This document shows positions 29,232 through 37,966 of a DNA stretch of 51,950 bases, piece after piece (within the stretch, counting starts at the first letter, position 1; every line of letters starts with the position of its first letter). The notes below the pieces were generated by a model that saw only the letters and a list, made by a program, of their open reading frames with translations, ran no database searches and had not been told where the DNA came from. Both the position numbers and the translations under genes were made by a program. The stretch comes from an uncultured Clostridia bacterium (lineage in GTDB: Bacteria > Bacillota > Clostridia > TANB77 > CAG-508). The DNA lies in the NCBI GenBank assembly GCA_944386695.1, contig CALXCB010000004.1:1-51950 (forward strand), given 5' to 3'.

Positions 29232-31247
29232 CTATTCTTCATCTTCAAAGAAAGTTTTAAATTTTTCTTCATTTATTTTTTCATTTTTTAATAACTCAGC
29301 TGCAACTGCATCAAGTTTGTCCATATGTTGTTTTAATATTGTTTGAGCATCATTATATGCTGCATCTATTAATTTTTTTACTTCTTCGCCAATTCTATCC
29401 CCCATATCTTTGCCGAACATATCTAATGGATATTCCCCATTTTCATTTTTCAATGAAATTGGACCTATTAAATCATTCATTCCATATTTTACTATCATAT
29501 CTTTAGCAATTTGTGTTGCAACCTCTATATCATTGCTTGCTCCTGTTGATATATCATCAAGTGCAACTCTTTCTGCTGCTCTTCCTCCAAGTAATGCTAT
29601 TAATTTTTCTTCCATTTCTGTTTTTGAGATATATGATTTATCTTCATCTGTTTTATACATAGTATAGCCACCTGCCATACCTCTTGGAATTATTGAAATT
29701 TCTTTTACCTTTTTTTGAGTTGGTAAATACCAACTTACTATTGCATGTCCTGCTTCATGATAGGCTGTCAAACGTTTGTCTTTGTCAGATATTACTCTTG
29801 CTTTCTTTTCTAGTCCTACTGTTACTTTCTTAACAGCTTCTTCTATATCATCTCTGGTAATTTTGTCGTGTTCATTTTTAGTTGCTATAATTGCTGCTTC
29901 ATTTAAGATATTAGCAAGTTCTGCTCCTGTGAAACCTGCTGTATCTTCAGCTATGCTCTCTAATTCTACATCATCTGCTATTTTTTTATCTTTACTATGA
30001 ATTCTTAAAATTTCTTCTCTTCCTTTTTTATCTGGAGCAGGAATTGTTATCTGTCTATCAAATCTTCCTGGTCTTAATAATGCTTTATCTAACATTTCTG
30101 GTCTATTTGTTGCAGCTAAAACTATTATTGTTTCTTCTGATGAAAATCCATCCATTTCAACTAATAATTGGTTTAATGTTTGATTATTTTCAGATTCTGC
30201 TCCACTTCCACTTGTTCTTCTTGAACCAATTGCATCTATTTCATCAATAAAAACAATGCAAGGTGCCATTTTTCTTGCTTTTTCAAATAACTTTCTAACT
30301 CTTGATGCTCCTAATCCCGCAAACATTTCTATAAATTCAGATCCACTCATTGAGATAAACGGAACTCCCGCTTCTCCTGCTATTGCTTTTGCAATTAATG
30401 TCTTACCTGTTCCTGGTTTTCCATAAAGCAATACTCCTCTTGGTATTTTAGCTCCCATTTCTATAAACTTTTTAGGTTCTTTTAAAAATTGTACCAATTC
30501 AATCATTTCTTCTTTTTCTTCATCTAGACCTGCAACATCTGTAAACTTTACTTTTGTTTTTCTTTCGGTTTCATTATATATTTCACCTTTATCTCCTAAT
30601 CCTTGCATTTTAAATATCATTATAAATAATGCAACCATTATAATGGTTGGTAAAAGTGATAGTATATATGATGGGATTGTAGCCCATATACTAGGACTTT
30701 TTTGTATTACCTCTATATCATTTCCTTCTGCTACTTTATTTTGTACTAATTCTATAAAACTTTGTGTATTTGGAACAATTGCCTCTTTAACTAAATCTGG
30801 ATCTTCTTCTTCATCTTCTTTTCCAAAAAGGCCATGATTATTTACAATTCCAGCACCTTCTTGCTCTGTATTCTCCTTATTTACATTTTCTGAAGTTTCT
30901 GTATTTTCTGTATCTTCTGTATTTTGAGTGTTTTCTGCATTTTCAGCTGTATTTTGAGTATTTTTTTCGCTATTTTGACTATTATTCTCGCTTTCTTCTA
31001 TCTTATTTTTTAATGTTACTTTTATAGAAGTTGAACCTGTTGTCATTTCTACTTTTTTTACATTTCCATCTGATATTTGTTTTATTAACTCTGTATAACT
31101 AAGTGTTGTCTCATCTTCTTCTTTTTTATTATTTACACTATATATAATATAAGCCATCATCAATATTATAATTACTAGAACTAATAGTAGATACAGTAGC
31201 TCTTTCTTTTTGTTATTTTTGTTATTATTTTTATTATTATCATTCAT
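29232..31247 (-). CDS. ftsH: ATP-dependent zinc metalloprotease FtsH
   Basis: Two TMs, GKPGTGKT, FIDEID, RPGRFDR, HEAGH. Confidence 0.97.
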   Translation of the reverse strand: MNDNNKNNNKNNKKKELLYLLLVLVIIILMMAYIIYSVNNKKEEDETTLSYTELIKQISDGNVKKVEMTTGSTSIKVTLKNKIEESENNSQNSEKNTQNTAENAENTQNTEDTENTETSENVNKENTEQEGAGIVNNHGLFGKEDEEEDPDLVKEAIVPNTQSFIELVQNKVAEGNDIEVIQKSPSIWATIPSYILSLLPTIIMVALFIMIFKMQGLGDKGEIYNETERKTKVKFTDVAGLDEEKEEMIELVQFLKEPKKFIEMGAKIPRGVLLYGKPGTGKTLIAKAIAGEAGVPFISMSGSEFIEMFAGLGASRVRKLFEKARKMAPCIVFIDEIDAIGSRRTSGSGAESENNQTLNQLLVEMDGFSSEETIIVLAATNRPEMLDKALLRPGRFDRQITIPAPDKKGREEILRIHSKDKKIADDVELESIAEDTAGFTGAELANILNEAAIIATKNEHDKITRDDIEEAVKKVTVGLEKKARVISDKDKRLTAYHEAGHAIVSWYLPTQKKVKEISIIPRGMAGGYTMYKTDEDKSYISKTEMEEKLIALLGGRAAERVALDDISTGASNDIEVATQIAKDMIVKYGMNDLIGPISLKNENGEYPLDMFGKDMGDRIGEEVKKLIDAAYNDAQTILKQHMDKLDAVAAELLKNEKINEEKFKTFFEDEE

Positions 31248-31336
31248 AAAAATCTCTTTCCTTTCTTACTTTCAAAACCCATTAATTATGAAAAACTTTG
31301 CATTTGGTTTTCAAATTAATTTGCTTCTTTTTATAT

Positions 31337-32128
31337 TTATGCATTTGAGCCTTGCTCTTCTTCCCCTTTTTTCTCTTTTTCATCTGTTTCTTTGTTATCT
31401 TCTTTTTCTTTTTCATCATCTTTAGGTTTTTTAGGAATATTTATAGTCTCTTCTATTTTTTCTTTACTTTCTTCTATAATCTTTATCAACTGTAAATGTT
31501 GTTTTATTATATCCGATTTTATTAAAAAAATTGCTGCTGCCAAACTTATATATGATACTGCTACATACATTACATTAAAATATCTTACTTCAAATGTAGT
31601 TAACATTGTCACAATTAAATATATTATTCTTAGTATTATTGATAATGTTAAAGCAAAAATAGACATATTAAATATAGCTTTATAATTCATTTTTATTTTT
31701 GCAATCATACAAGTAAGTAGTCCAAAAATGGATAAAGTGAAAACATCTATTAGAGTAATTATATAAAAATAAATAAAAAAACTTATAAATAATGATGCAA
31801 TTAGTGTTTTATCATCGTATTGATTTAAAATTTGAGCATTTTCTTCTAATTGATCATTTTCTATTCCATCTGTTAATGTACTTACTATCTTTTCTGGAAA
31901 GCTTAAGTTTTCTTCTTCGAATTCAGCAACATTGGATATATAATATACATATGTTCCTGTAAATAAGATCGTAAAAATTATCATTAATTCTGTAAAATAT
32001 ATGATTGCTTTTTTTACACCTAGAGCTGCCATCTCTGGATATTTTTCAAATTTTGTTATAGAATACCATACTTTTTTAAAGAATTTTAATTTTAAAAATT
32101 CTTCTTTTCTGGTTTGTTTTTCTTCCAC
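31337..32128 (-). CDS. Multi-pass membrane protein (DUF1189-like)
   Basis: FFKKVWYSI..FEKY N-terminus, 4 TM helices, charged tail. Confidence 0.55.
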   Translation of the reverse strand: MEEKQTRKEEFLKLKFFKKVWYSITKFEKYPEMAALGVKKAIIYFTELMIIFTILFTGTYVYYISNVAEFEEENLSFPEKIVSTLTDGIENDQLEENAQILNQYDDKTLIASLFISFFIYFYIITLIDVFTLSIFGLLTCMIAKIKMNYKAIFNMSIFALTLSIILRIIYLIVTMLTTFEVRYFNVMYVAVSYISLAAAIFLIKSDIIKQHLQLIKIIEESKEKIEETINIPKKPKDDEKEKEDNKETDEKEKKGEEEQGSNA

Positions 32129-33273
32129 TATATATACTCCCTTCTAATAGTGCTGTCTACAAACATGGGGCTAACATTTAATTTTACTTCATCGCCTATT
32201 TTTACATTTTTTCCTGTTATATCTACTACTATATGATACATTCCTATTCTTCCTAGAACTTTACATTTTTTGTATTTTTTCTCTGTATCTTGTTTACACA
32301 ATACATCAACATATAGTGATTTATCTTTAAAACTATCTTTTATGTCTCTGACTATATAACGTAATTTATCTATTTTTCTAAACATATCTCTTTGTTCTCT
32401 TACATTATATCCATCTGCATATCCACAAGGAATTATGGCTATTGTTGTTTCCTTTTTGGTTATAAAAGAATTTGAATATCCTATATTATATCCTTTTGGT
32501 AATTCTTTTATTTCTGTTACATTTGATTTTAAATATGCGATCTTTTTTAAGCCATACACATTTGGAATTGCAAGTCTTCCTAAAAATGCTGAGCCAACTC
32601 TTACTGCATTTAATCTCATATGTTCAAATTTTAAAAAACCTGAAGAATTGCATATATGAAGCATTCCTGTTTTTATTTTATTTTCCTTTAAAACTTCTAC
32701 TACATTCATAAAACGTTTGAACTGTTCTTCCGAATATTGATTTTTTTCATAAAAAGCTAAGGATAAATGTGAAAAAGTTCCTTCTATTTCAATGTTTTTT
32801 ATGTTTTTTAGAATTTCAACTAATTTTTGTTTTTCATTATATATAAAACCATATCTTCCAAATCCTGTATCTATTTTCAAATGAGCTTTTATTTTTATAT
32901 TCTTTTTTAAAGCAACTTTTTCTGCAACTTCTAATGCCTCTTTTGAACCTATAGTTATTATAATATCATTGTCTACTAATAATTCAACTTCTTTTTTGAT
33001 TGCTGTTGATGACAACATTAAAATTTTGGCTTGAATTTTAAATTCTCTTAACTTAATAGCCTCTTCTACTGTAGATACTGCTAAAAAGTCAATTCCATTA
33101 TCAATCAATAGTTTTGAATACTGTATTAATCCTAAACCATATCCATTTCCTTTTACAACAGCAATTATTTTTACTGAATCCTGATTATCTAAATTATTTG
33201 TTTTTTTTGCTATTTCCTTTATTTTTCTTATATTATGTTTCAAATCTTCTTTATTTATTACAAGCGATTTCAT
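32128..33273 (-). CDS. alr: Alanine racemase
   Basis: [40 protein letters not shown]. Confidence 0.92.
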   Translation of the reverse strand: MKSLVINKEDLKHNIRKIKEIAKKTNNLDNQDSVKIIAVVKGNGYGLGLIQYSKLLIDNGIDFLAVSTVEEAIKLREFKIQAKILMLSSTAIKKEVELLVDNDIIITIGSKEALEVAEKVALKKNIKIKAHLKIDTGFGRYGFIYNEKQKLVEILKNIKNIEIEGTFSHLSLAFYEKNQYSEEQFKRFMNVVEVLKENKIKTGMLHICNSSGFLKFEHMRLNAVRVGSAFLGRLAIPNVYGLKKIAYLKSNVTEIKELPKGYNIGYSNSFITKKETTIAIIPCGYADGYNVREQRDMFRKIDKLRYIVRDIKDSFKDKSLYVDVLCKQDTEKKYKKCKVLGRIGMYHIVVDITGKNVKIGDEVKLNVSPMFVDSTIRREYI

Positions 33274-33304
33274 CGGTTCTCCTCTATTTTTATTTTAAAT
33301 TAAT

Positions 33305-34351
33305 TTATTTTTTTAATTTAAGTTTTAATGCTCTTAATGTTCTAAACATTTTTTCTGAAAATTTATACATTTTATATGTTAATGGTTTAAATGGAATGTA
33401 TACTTCCCCTACGAATTCTGTATATTTTGCACCAAATCCTTTTTTGAATCTGTATAATCCATTACTATTGTCTGCAATTCCTGGTACCCCTCTTAAGTCA
33501 TATATATCACTTTTTCTGCCTAATGCTATTTTTATCATTTCCCATTGTAATAAATAATTTGGCATTAAATTTCTATGCTCATTACTACTTGCTCCATATA
33601 AATACCATGTTTTATTTCCATACATAATTGGAATTACTCCAGAAATTGGTTTTCCGTCATAATATGCCATCAGTATTTTCATATGGTCTGGTCCTAAACA
33701 ATCATACATCTTTTCAAAATATTCTAATGGTCTGATAATAAATCCATCTCGTATTCCTGTTGTTATCATTATTTTATGAAAGTCTTTTAAATCTTCTTTG
33801 TTTCCATCTTTTACAGTTACTCCTTTTTTTGTCGCCAAACGTACATTATATCTTGTTTTTTGATGAAATGCTTTAAATATCTCTTCTTCCGTTTTTCCTT
33901 TTGTATCTAATCTAAATACATATCTTGGCTGTATTTCATCTCTAAAATTTTTAGCATCATCTTTTATTAAGTATCCTAAATTCAACATAATATCTTTAAA
34001 TGTTGTATCACTACTTTCAATATCTGGTTCAATGCGTAGTACTATAGCATTGTATTTTTTAGCTAATAATTTTGCTCCCTCTGTTATCTGTTCTAAAACC
34101 TCTATATTGTGTATATCACATACTGGTCCTCTAGCAGAATACATTATATTTCCAAAAAATGGTATTTTTCTAATCCATACCATAAGAGATCCTATAATTT
34201 TTTTATTTCCATCTTCTGCTAATATAACTTCTTTTTTCCAGCTTGTCTTTACTTTTGCCCATTCTAAAGATTGTTGGAAATTACATCTTTCGTGATTTTC
34301 TAAAAATTTTGTATATTCTTCTTCATCTGATTTTGTTTCTAATAATCTCAT
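33305..34351 (-). CDS. FemABX/MurM family peptidoglycan bridge aminoacyltransferase
   Basis: FQQS.EWAKVK, YSARGPV, KTRYNVRLA.KKGV, YLYGAS, LYRFKKGFG. Confidence 0.92.
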   Translation of the reverse strand: MRLLETKSDEEEYTKFLENHERCNFQQSLEWAKVKTSWKKEVILAEDGNKKIIGSLMVWIRKIPFFGNIMYSARGPVCDIHNIEVLEQITEGAKLLAKKYNAIVLRIEPDIESSDTTFKDIMLNLGYLIKDDAKNFRDEIQPRYVFRLDTKGKTEEEIFKAFHQKTRYNVRLATKKGVTVKDGNKEDLKDFHKIMITTGIRDGFIIRPLEYFEKMYDCLGPDHMKILMAYYDGKPISGVIPIMYGNKTWYLYGASSNEHRNLMPNYLLQWEMIKIALGRKSDIYDLRGVPGIADNSNGLYRFKKGFGAKYTEFVGEVYIPFKPLTYKMYKFSEKMFRTLRALKLKLKK

Positions 34352-34459
34352 TAAAATTTCATCCTTCCTTTTGGGTTTTATTTATAGTATTGTTAATTTA
34401 TGTACTTATATTACACCATTTTTTCCTTTTTGTAAAGAATATTTTCAAGCTATTTTTAA

Positions 34460-34486
34460 GGACACAAAACGATTAATTTTGTGTCC
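34460..34486 (-). terminator. Hairpin just downstream of tmRNA
   Basis: GGACACAAAA/TTTTGTGTCC stem. Confidence 0.6.
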
Positions 34487-34490
34487 TAAT

Positions 34491-34845
34491 TGGTGGAGGT
34501 GAGGAGAGTCGAACTCCTGTCCACTATACTTTCCATATAAACTTCTCCGAGTGCAGTTTGCTATTTATATTCATTTAAACTACGCAAGCAAACGTGCTTA
34601 GTTTAAATATAGCTTTTTAATACCCTCTATCACCAAAGCACTTGATAGATTTGTTTCCTACTGATTATAACACCTTTATTTTATGCGTAGGAACATAAAA
34701 TAGGGCGTCGCTGCAATTAGGCAGCGTATGCTAATTCTCTATTATCAGCGTTTATATTTATTTTCGCTTTTTTATAGTGGCCAAAGCGACCATCCACTAC
34801 TCGCTATTCATACTTCTGGCATAATGTCGAAACCATTACACCCCC
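34491..34845 (-). ncRNA. ssrA: tmRNA; tag (A)ADNRELAYAA*
   Basis: 5' GGGGGTGTAATGGTTTCGAC, 3' GGAGTTCGACTCTCCTCACCTCCACCA with G3:U pair; resume ORF GCT GAT AAT AGA GAA TTA GCA TAC GCT GCC TAA. Confidence 0.95.
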
Positions 34846-34909
34846 AAATACAGTTCTATTATACATTATTTTATATTTTTTTTCAATACAATATTTTAGC
34901 AGCTTGAAT

Positions 34910-34967
34910 CATTTAAACCGGTTCTTTTTGGCTCTATAGAAAAAACCAAAGAGAACCAGTTCAAATG
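34910..34967. repeat. REP-like palindrome after the mutL stop
   Basis: ACCGGTTCTTTTTGG...CCAAAGAGAACCAGT; same core as 18195-18250. Confidence 0.7.
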
Positions 34968-34970
34968 GCA

Positions 34971-37343
34971 CTACTTTCTATCAAATTTTTTCTCTATTTC
35001 GTATTTTGACATTTTAATCACTGTTGGTCTTCCATGTGGGCAGGTAAAAGGATTTGGCAATTCTAAAAGTTTCTCCATCAAACTGTCTACCTCTTCTTTT
35101 GTAAGTTGCATATTTGCCTTGACAGCTGCTTTACATGCCACTGTAGCTAAGAATTTTTCTTCTTTTTCTTGTTTTGCTGTTCTAGCAACTGTATTTATTT
35201 CATCTAAAGTCTCTTTAAATAATTCTTCTGTATCTAAGTCTATACAGACACTTGGAACTCCTGATAATTTTATTGTATTTTCTCCAAATTCTTCTAATAT
35301 AAATCCAGCTTTTCTAAATAGTTCAAAATTATCTTTTGCTATATTCATCTCTTTATGAGTTAATGTAATTATATCTGGTAATAATAGTAATTGTGAGTCT
35401 TTTTCTTTTTCTGCAAAAAAATTCTTTTTTACTTTTTCATACATTATTCTTTCATGTGCTGCATGCTGATCCATTATATATAATTCATTACCTATTTCTA
35501 ATATAATATAAGTATTAAATGCTATTCCTATAAATTTATATTTTGAATATTTATAATTAGAATCTGATTCAAACATAGATATATTACTATCTTCAATGTT
35601 TTCATCTATTGTATAAAAACTGTCTTCTTGGTTTTCGTTTTGTGGTGTTTCGTCTTGCTTCCTTCCTCCATATGGCTCTTTTCCAAATAATTCTTTATAC
35701 ATTTCTTTAAAAGATAGTATTGTTTCTTTATTCTCTTCTTTTTGTTGTTTTTCTTTTTGGTTATTTTTATCTTTTTCTTTTTCTTCTTCTTTAACCTCAA
35801 AGTTTTCTTTTATATCTTTCTTAATCTTCTCTGATTCACTTGCTACAGTGTTTTGAATGTTTGATTCTGCTATATCGTCTTTGCTTGAATCTTCAAAAAG
35901 AATTGGTATTATGTTTTCGTTTTTTGAATTTTCAATAAAGTTCTCTTCGTTTAAATCTTTGGAAACAGCATCTTCTTCTGCTTTTTTTCTACTTTCTGGA
36001 TTTAGAACTGGTGTTATAATTTTATTATATTTTTGTTCCATTTCTTTATAAGTATCTGTTAATTGTAAATTTGGATTTTGTTCCACTTCTTTTTTCAATT
36101 CTTCTTGTAATGTTTTTAATTTTCCAAAAATGTCTTGGTTTGACATTATTATAGGGTTCTCAAGTACTGAGCTTACTTTTTCCTCATTCTTCTTTCTGCT
36201 ATTAAATATATCTTCTACAATATTTCCTGTTGATTCTATATTTTTATTTTCAATTGTATACGTTTTTTCTGCTTTTTCTTCAAAATTTTTAATTTTAAAT
36301 GCGTCTTTTGATGCAGATTTTATTTCTTGATTTTTTTCTCTATCTGTCATAAAACCTGATTTTAATAAGGTATCTTTTATTGCATGAAACATTGCCTTAA
36401 AAGCTATATTTTCATCAGCGAATCTAACCTCTAATTTTGCAGGATGAACATTTACATCGACTTTTGCTGGCGGCATTTCTATATCTAAAACCAAAAATGC
36501 GAATTTGCCTATAGGAAGCATTCCTTTAAAAGCTTGTTCTGCTGCTGATGACAATGTTTTGTCTTTTATATATCTTTTATTCACAAAAAATATTTGATTT
36601 GATCTATTTGATCTAGCAATATTTGGTCTTCCTATCACTCCTTTTATCTTCATGTACTCATATTCATAATCTACATATATGATATTACTTGCTACCTCTT
36701 TCCCAAAAACACTATAAATAACATCAGTTAATTTTCCACTTCCATTAGTTTGAAGTATTGTTTTTCCTGTATTAATAAATTTTATTGCTATTTCTGGATG
36801 CACTAATGCTATTCTTGTTACTACATCTTCTACATAACCTGATTCAGTAAAATCTTTTTTTAAAAATTTATATCTTACTGGTGTATTAAAAAATAAATTT
36901 CTTACTGTAATAGTAGTTCCTTTTGAACATCCTATCTCATCTAATGATAAAACATCTCCTCCTTCTACTACTATCCTAGTGCCTATTTCATCATTTTCTG
37001 TTTTGCTTACTAATTCGACATTACTAATTGCTGCAATACTAGCTAAAGCCTCTCCTCTAAACCCCATTGACTTTATATCATCTAAATCGTCTGCCGAACG
37101 AATTTTACTTGTTGCATGACGCTCAAATGCTAACTCTACATCATCTTTTGCTATTCCTTTACCATTGTCTGTAATTCTTATAAATGAAATTCCTCCATTT
37201 TTTATCTCCACTGTCACATTTTTTGCTCCTGCATCTATTGAGTTTTCTACCATCTCTTTTATAACTGATGCTGGTCTTTCTATAACCTCTCCGGCTGCTA
37301 TTTTATTGATTGTTAATTCATCTAATAATACTATGTTTCCCAT
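34971..37343 (-). CDS. mutL: DNA mismatch repair endonuclease MutL
   Basis: IAAGEVIERP, GFRGEAL, DVNVHPAK, DQHAAHER, CPHGRP. Confidence 0.97.
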   Translation of the reverse strand: MGNIVLLDELTINKIAAGEVIERPASVIKEMVENSIDAGAKNVTVEIKNGGISFIRITDNGKGIAKDDVELAFERHATSKIRSADDLDDIKSMGFRGEALASIAAISNVELVSKTENDEIGTRIVVEGGDVLSLDEIGCSKGTTITVRNLFFNTPVRYKFLKKDFTESGYVEDVVTRIALVHPEIAIKFINTGKTILQTNGSGKLTDVIYSVFGKEVASNIIYVDYEYEYMKIKGVIGRPNIARSNRSNQIFFVNKRYIKDKTLSSAAEQAFKGMLPIGKFAFLVLDIEMPPAKVDVNVHPAKLEVRFADENIAFKAMFHAIKDTLLKSGFMTDREKNQEIKSASKDAFKIKNFEEKAEKTYTIENKNIESTGNIVEDIFNSRKKNEEKVSSVLENPIIMSNQDIFGKLKTLQEELKKEVEQNPNLQLTDTYKEMEQKYNKIITPVLNPESRKKAEEDAVSKDLNEENFIENSKNENIIPILFEDSSKDDIAESNIQNTVASESEKIKKDIKENFEVKEEEKEKDKNNQKEKQQKEENKETILSFKEMYKELFGKEPYGGRKQDETPQNENQEDSFYTIDENIEDSNISMFESDSNYKYSKYKFIGIAFNTYIILEIGNELYIMDQHAAHERIMYEKVKKNFFAEKEKDSQLLLLPDIITLTHKEMNIAKDNFELFRKAGFILEEFGENTIKLSGVPSVCIDLDTEELFKETLDEINTVARTAKQEKEEKFLATVACKAAVKANMQLTKEEVDSLMEKLLELPNPFTCPHGRPTVIKMSKYEIEKKFDRK

Positions 37344-37413
37344 ATATTTTCTTCCTTTCAGTATAAATCAAAAAGAATTATATCATTATTATTTTTCGTT
37401 TTCAACTACTGTA

Positions 37414-37439
37414 ACACATTTTTTTTTGTTTCATAATAT
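37414..37439 (+). promoter_or_regulatory. Putative sigma-K promoter for the small Cys-rich peptide genes
   Basis: AC-N16-CATAATAT. Confidence 0.4.
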
Positions 37440-37494
37440 ATAACATAACGCAAGATAAAAAATTAAGATTTTTTAGCAAGGAGGTTCTAAAATC

Positions 37495-37614
37495 ATGTGT
37501 TCTAATAATAATGAAATTCTTTGGTTCATTATTCTCTTCTTACTTCTATTCTGTGGAGGATGTGGAAACAGATGTTGTGAAGACAGATGTAATTCTCAAA
37601 ACCCTTGCCTATAA
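37495..37614 (+). CDS. 39-aa Cys/Gly-rich membrane peptide (probably spore-associated)
   Basis: MCSNNNEILWFIILFLLLFCGGCGNRCCEDRCNSQNPCL*; AAGGAGGT RBS; below the ORF track cutoff. Confidence 0.75.
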   Translation: MCSNNNEILWFIILFLLLFCGGCGNRCCEDRCNSQNPCL

Positions 37615-37651
37615 TACTTAAATTTATAATGCTGAAAGGTGGTGAAATACT

Positions 37652-37774
37652 ATGCCAGAAAATAGAGGCGGATGTGGCTGCGGTTTCGGATTTGGTGATG
37701 ACTGCTGCTGGATTATAATTCTTATACTTTTAATATTCTGCTGTTGTGGTGGAAATAGAGGTGGATGTTGCTAA
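37652..37774 (+). CDS. 40-aa Cys/Gly-rich membrane peptide (probably spore-associated)
   Basis: MPENRGGCGCGFGFGDDCCWIIILILLIFCCCGGNRGGCC*; AAAGGTGGTG RBS. Confidence 0.78.
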   Translation: MPENRGGCGCGFGFGDDCCWIIILILLIFCCCGGNRGGCC

Positions 37775-37785
37775 TCTAACCTGAA

Positions 37786-37837
37786 CTTTTGGGGCAGAGG
37801 AAAATAAACTTTTTCCATTGCCCCAAAAAATTTTTTT
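37786..37837 (+). terminator. Terminator after the peptide operon
   Basis: TTTTTGGGGCA...TGCCCCAAAAA stem plus T tract. Confidence 0.65.
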
Positions 37838-37891
37838 AAAATCTATTGTCAAATTTATTTTTTTATGCTATTATTATTAAGTAATTTTTAT

Positions 37892-37966
37892 AGGGGTATA
37901 GTGTCAATGGTAGCACATCGGTCTCCAAAACCGCCTGTGAGGGTTCGAGTCCTTCTACCCCTGCCA
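37892..37966 (+). tRNA. trnW: tRNA-Trp (CCA)
   Basis: Cloverleaf AGGGGTA/TACCCCT, loop CT-CCA-AA, TTCGA, encoded CCA end; TTGTCA-17-TATTAT promoter upstream. Confidence 0.96.

Noticed and set aside
30860-31000. Short repeats in ftsH (ENTQNT/ENTE) and the coiled-coil repeats in 23083-23739
   Set aside because: Low-complexity protein-coding repeats, not CRISPR or mobile repeats; no CRISPR array was seen in the window.
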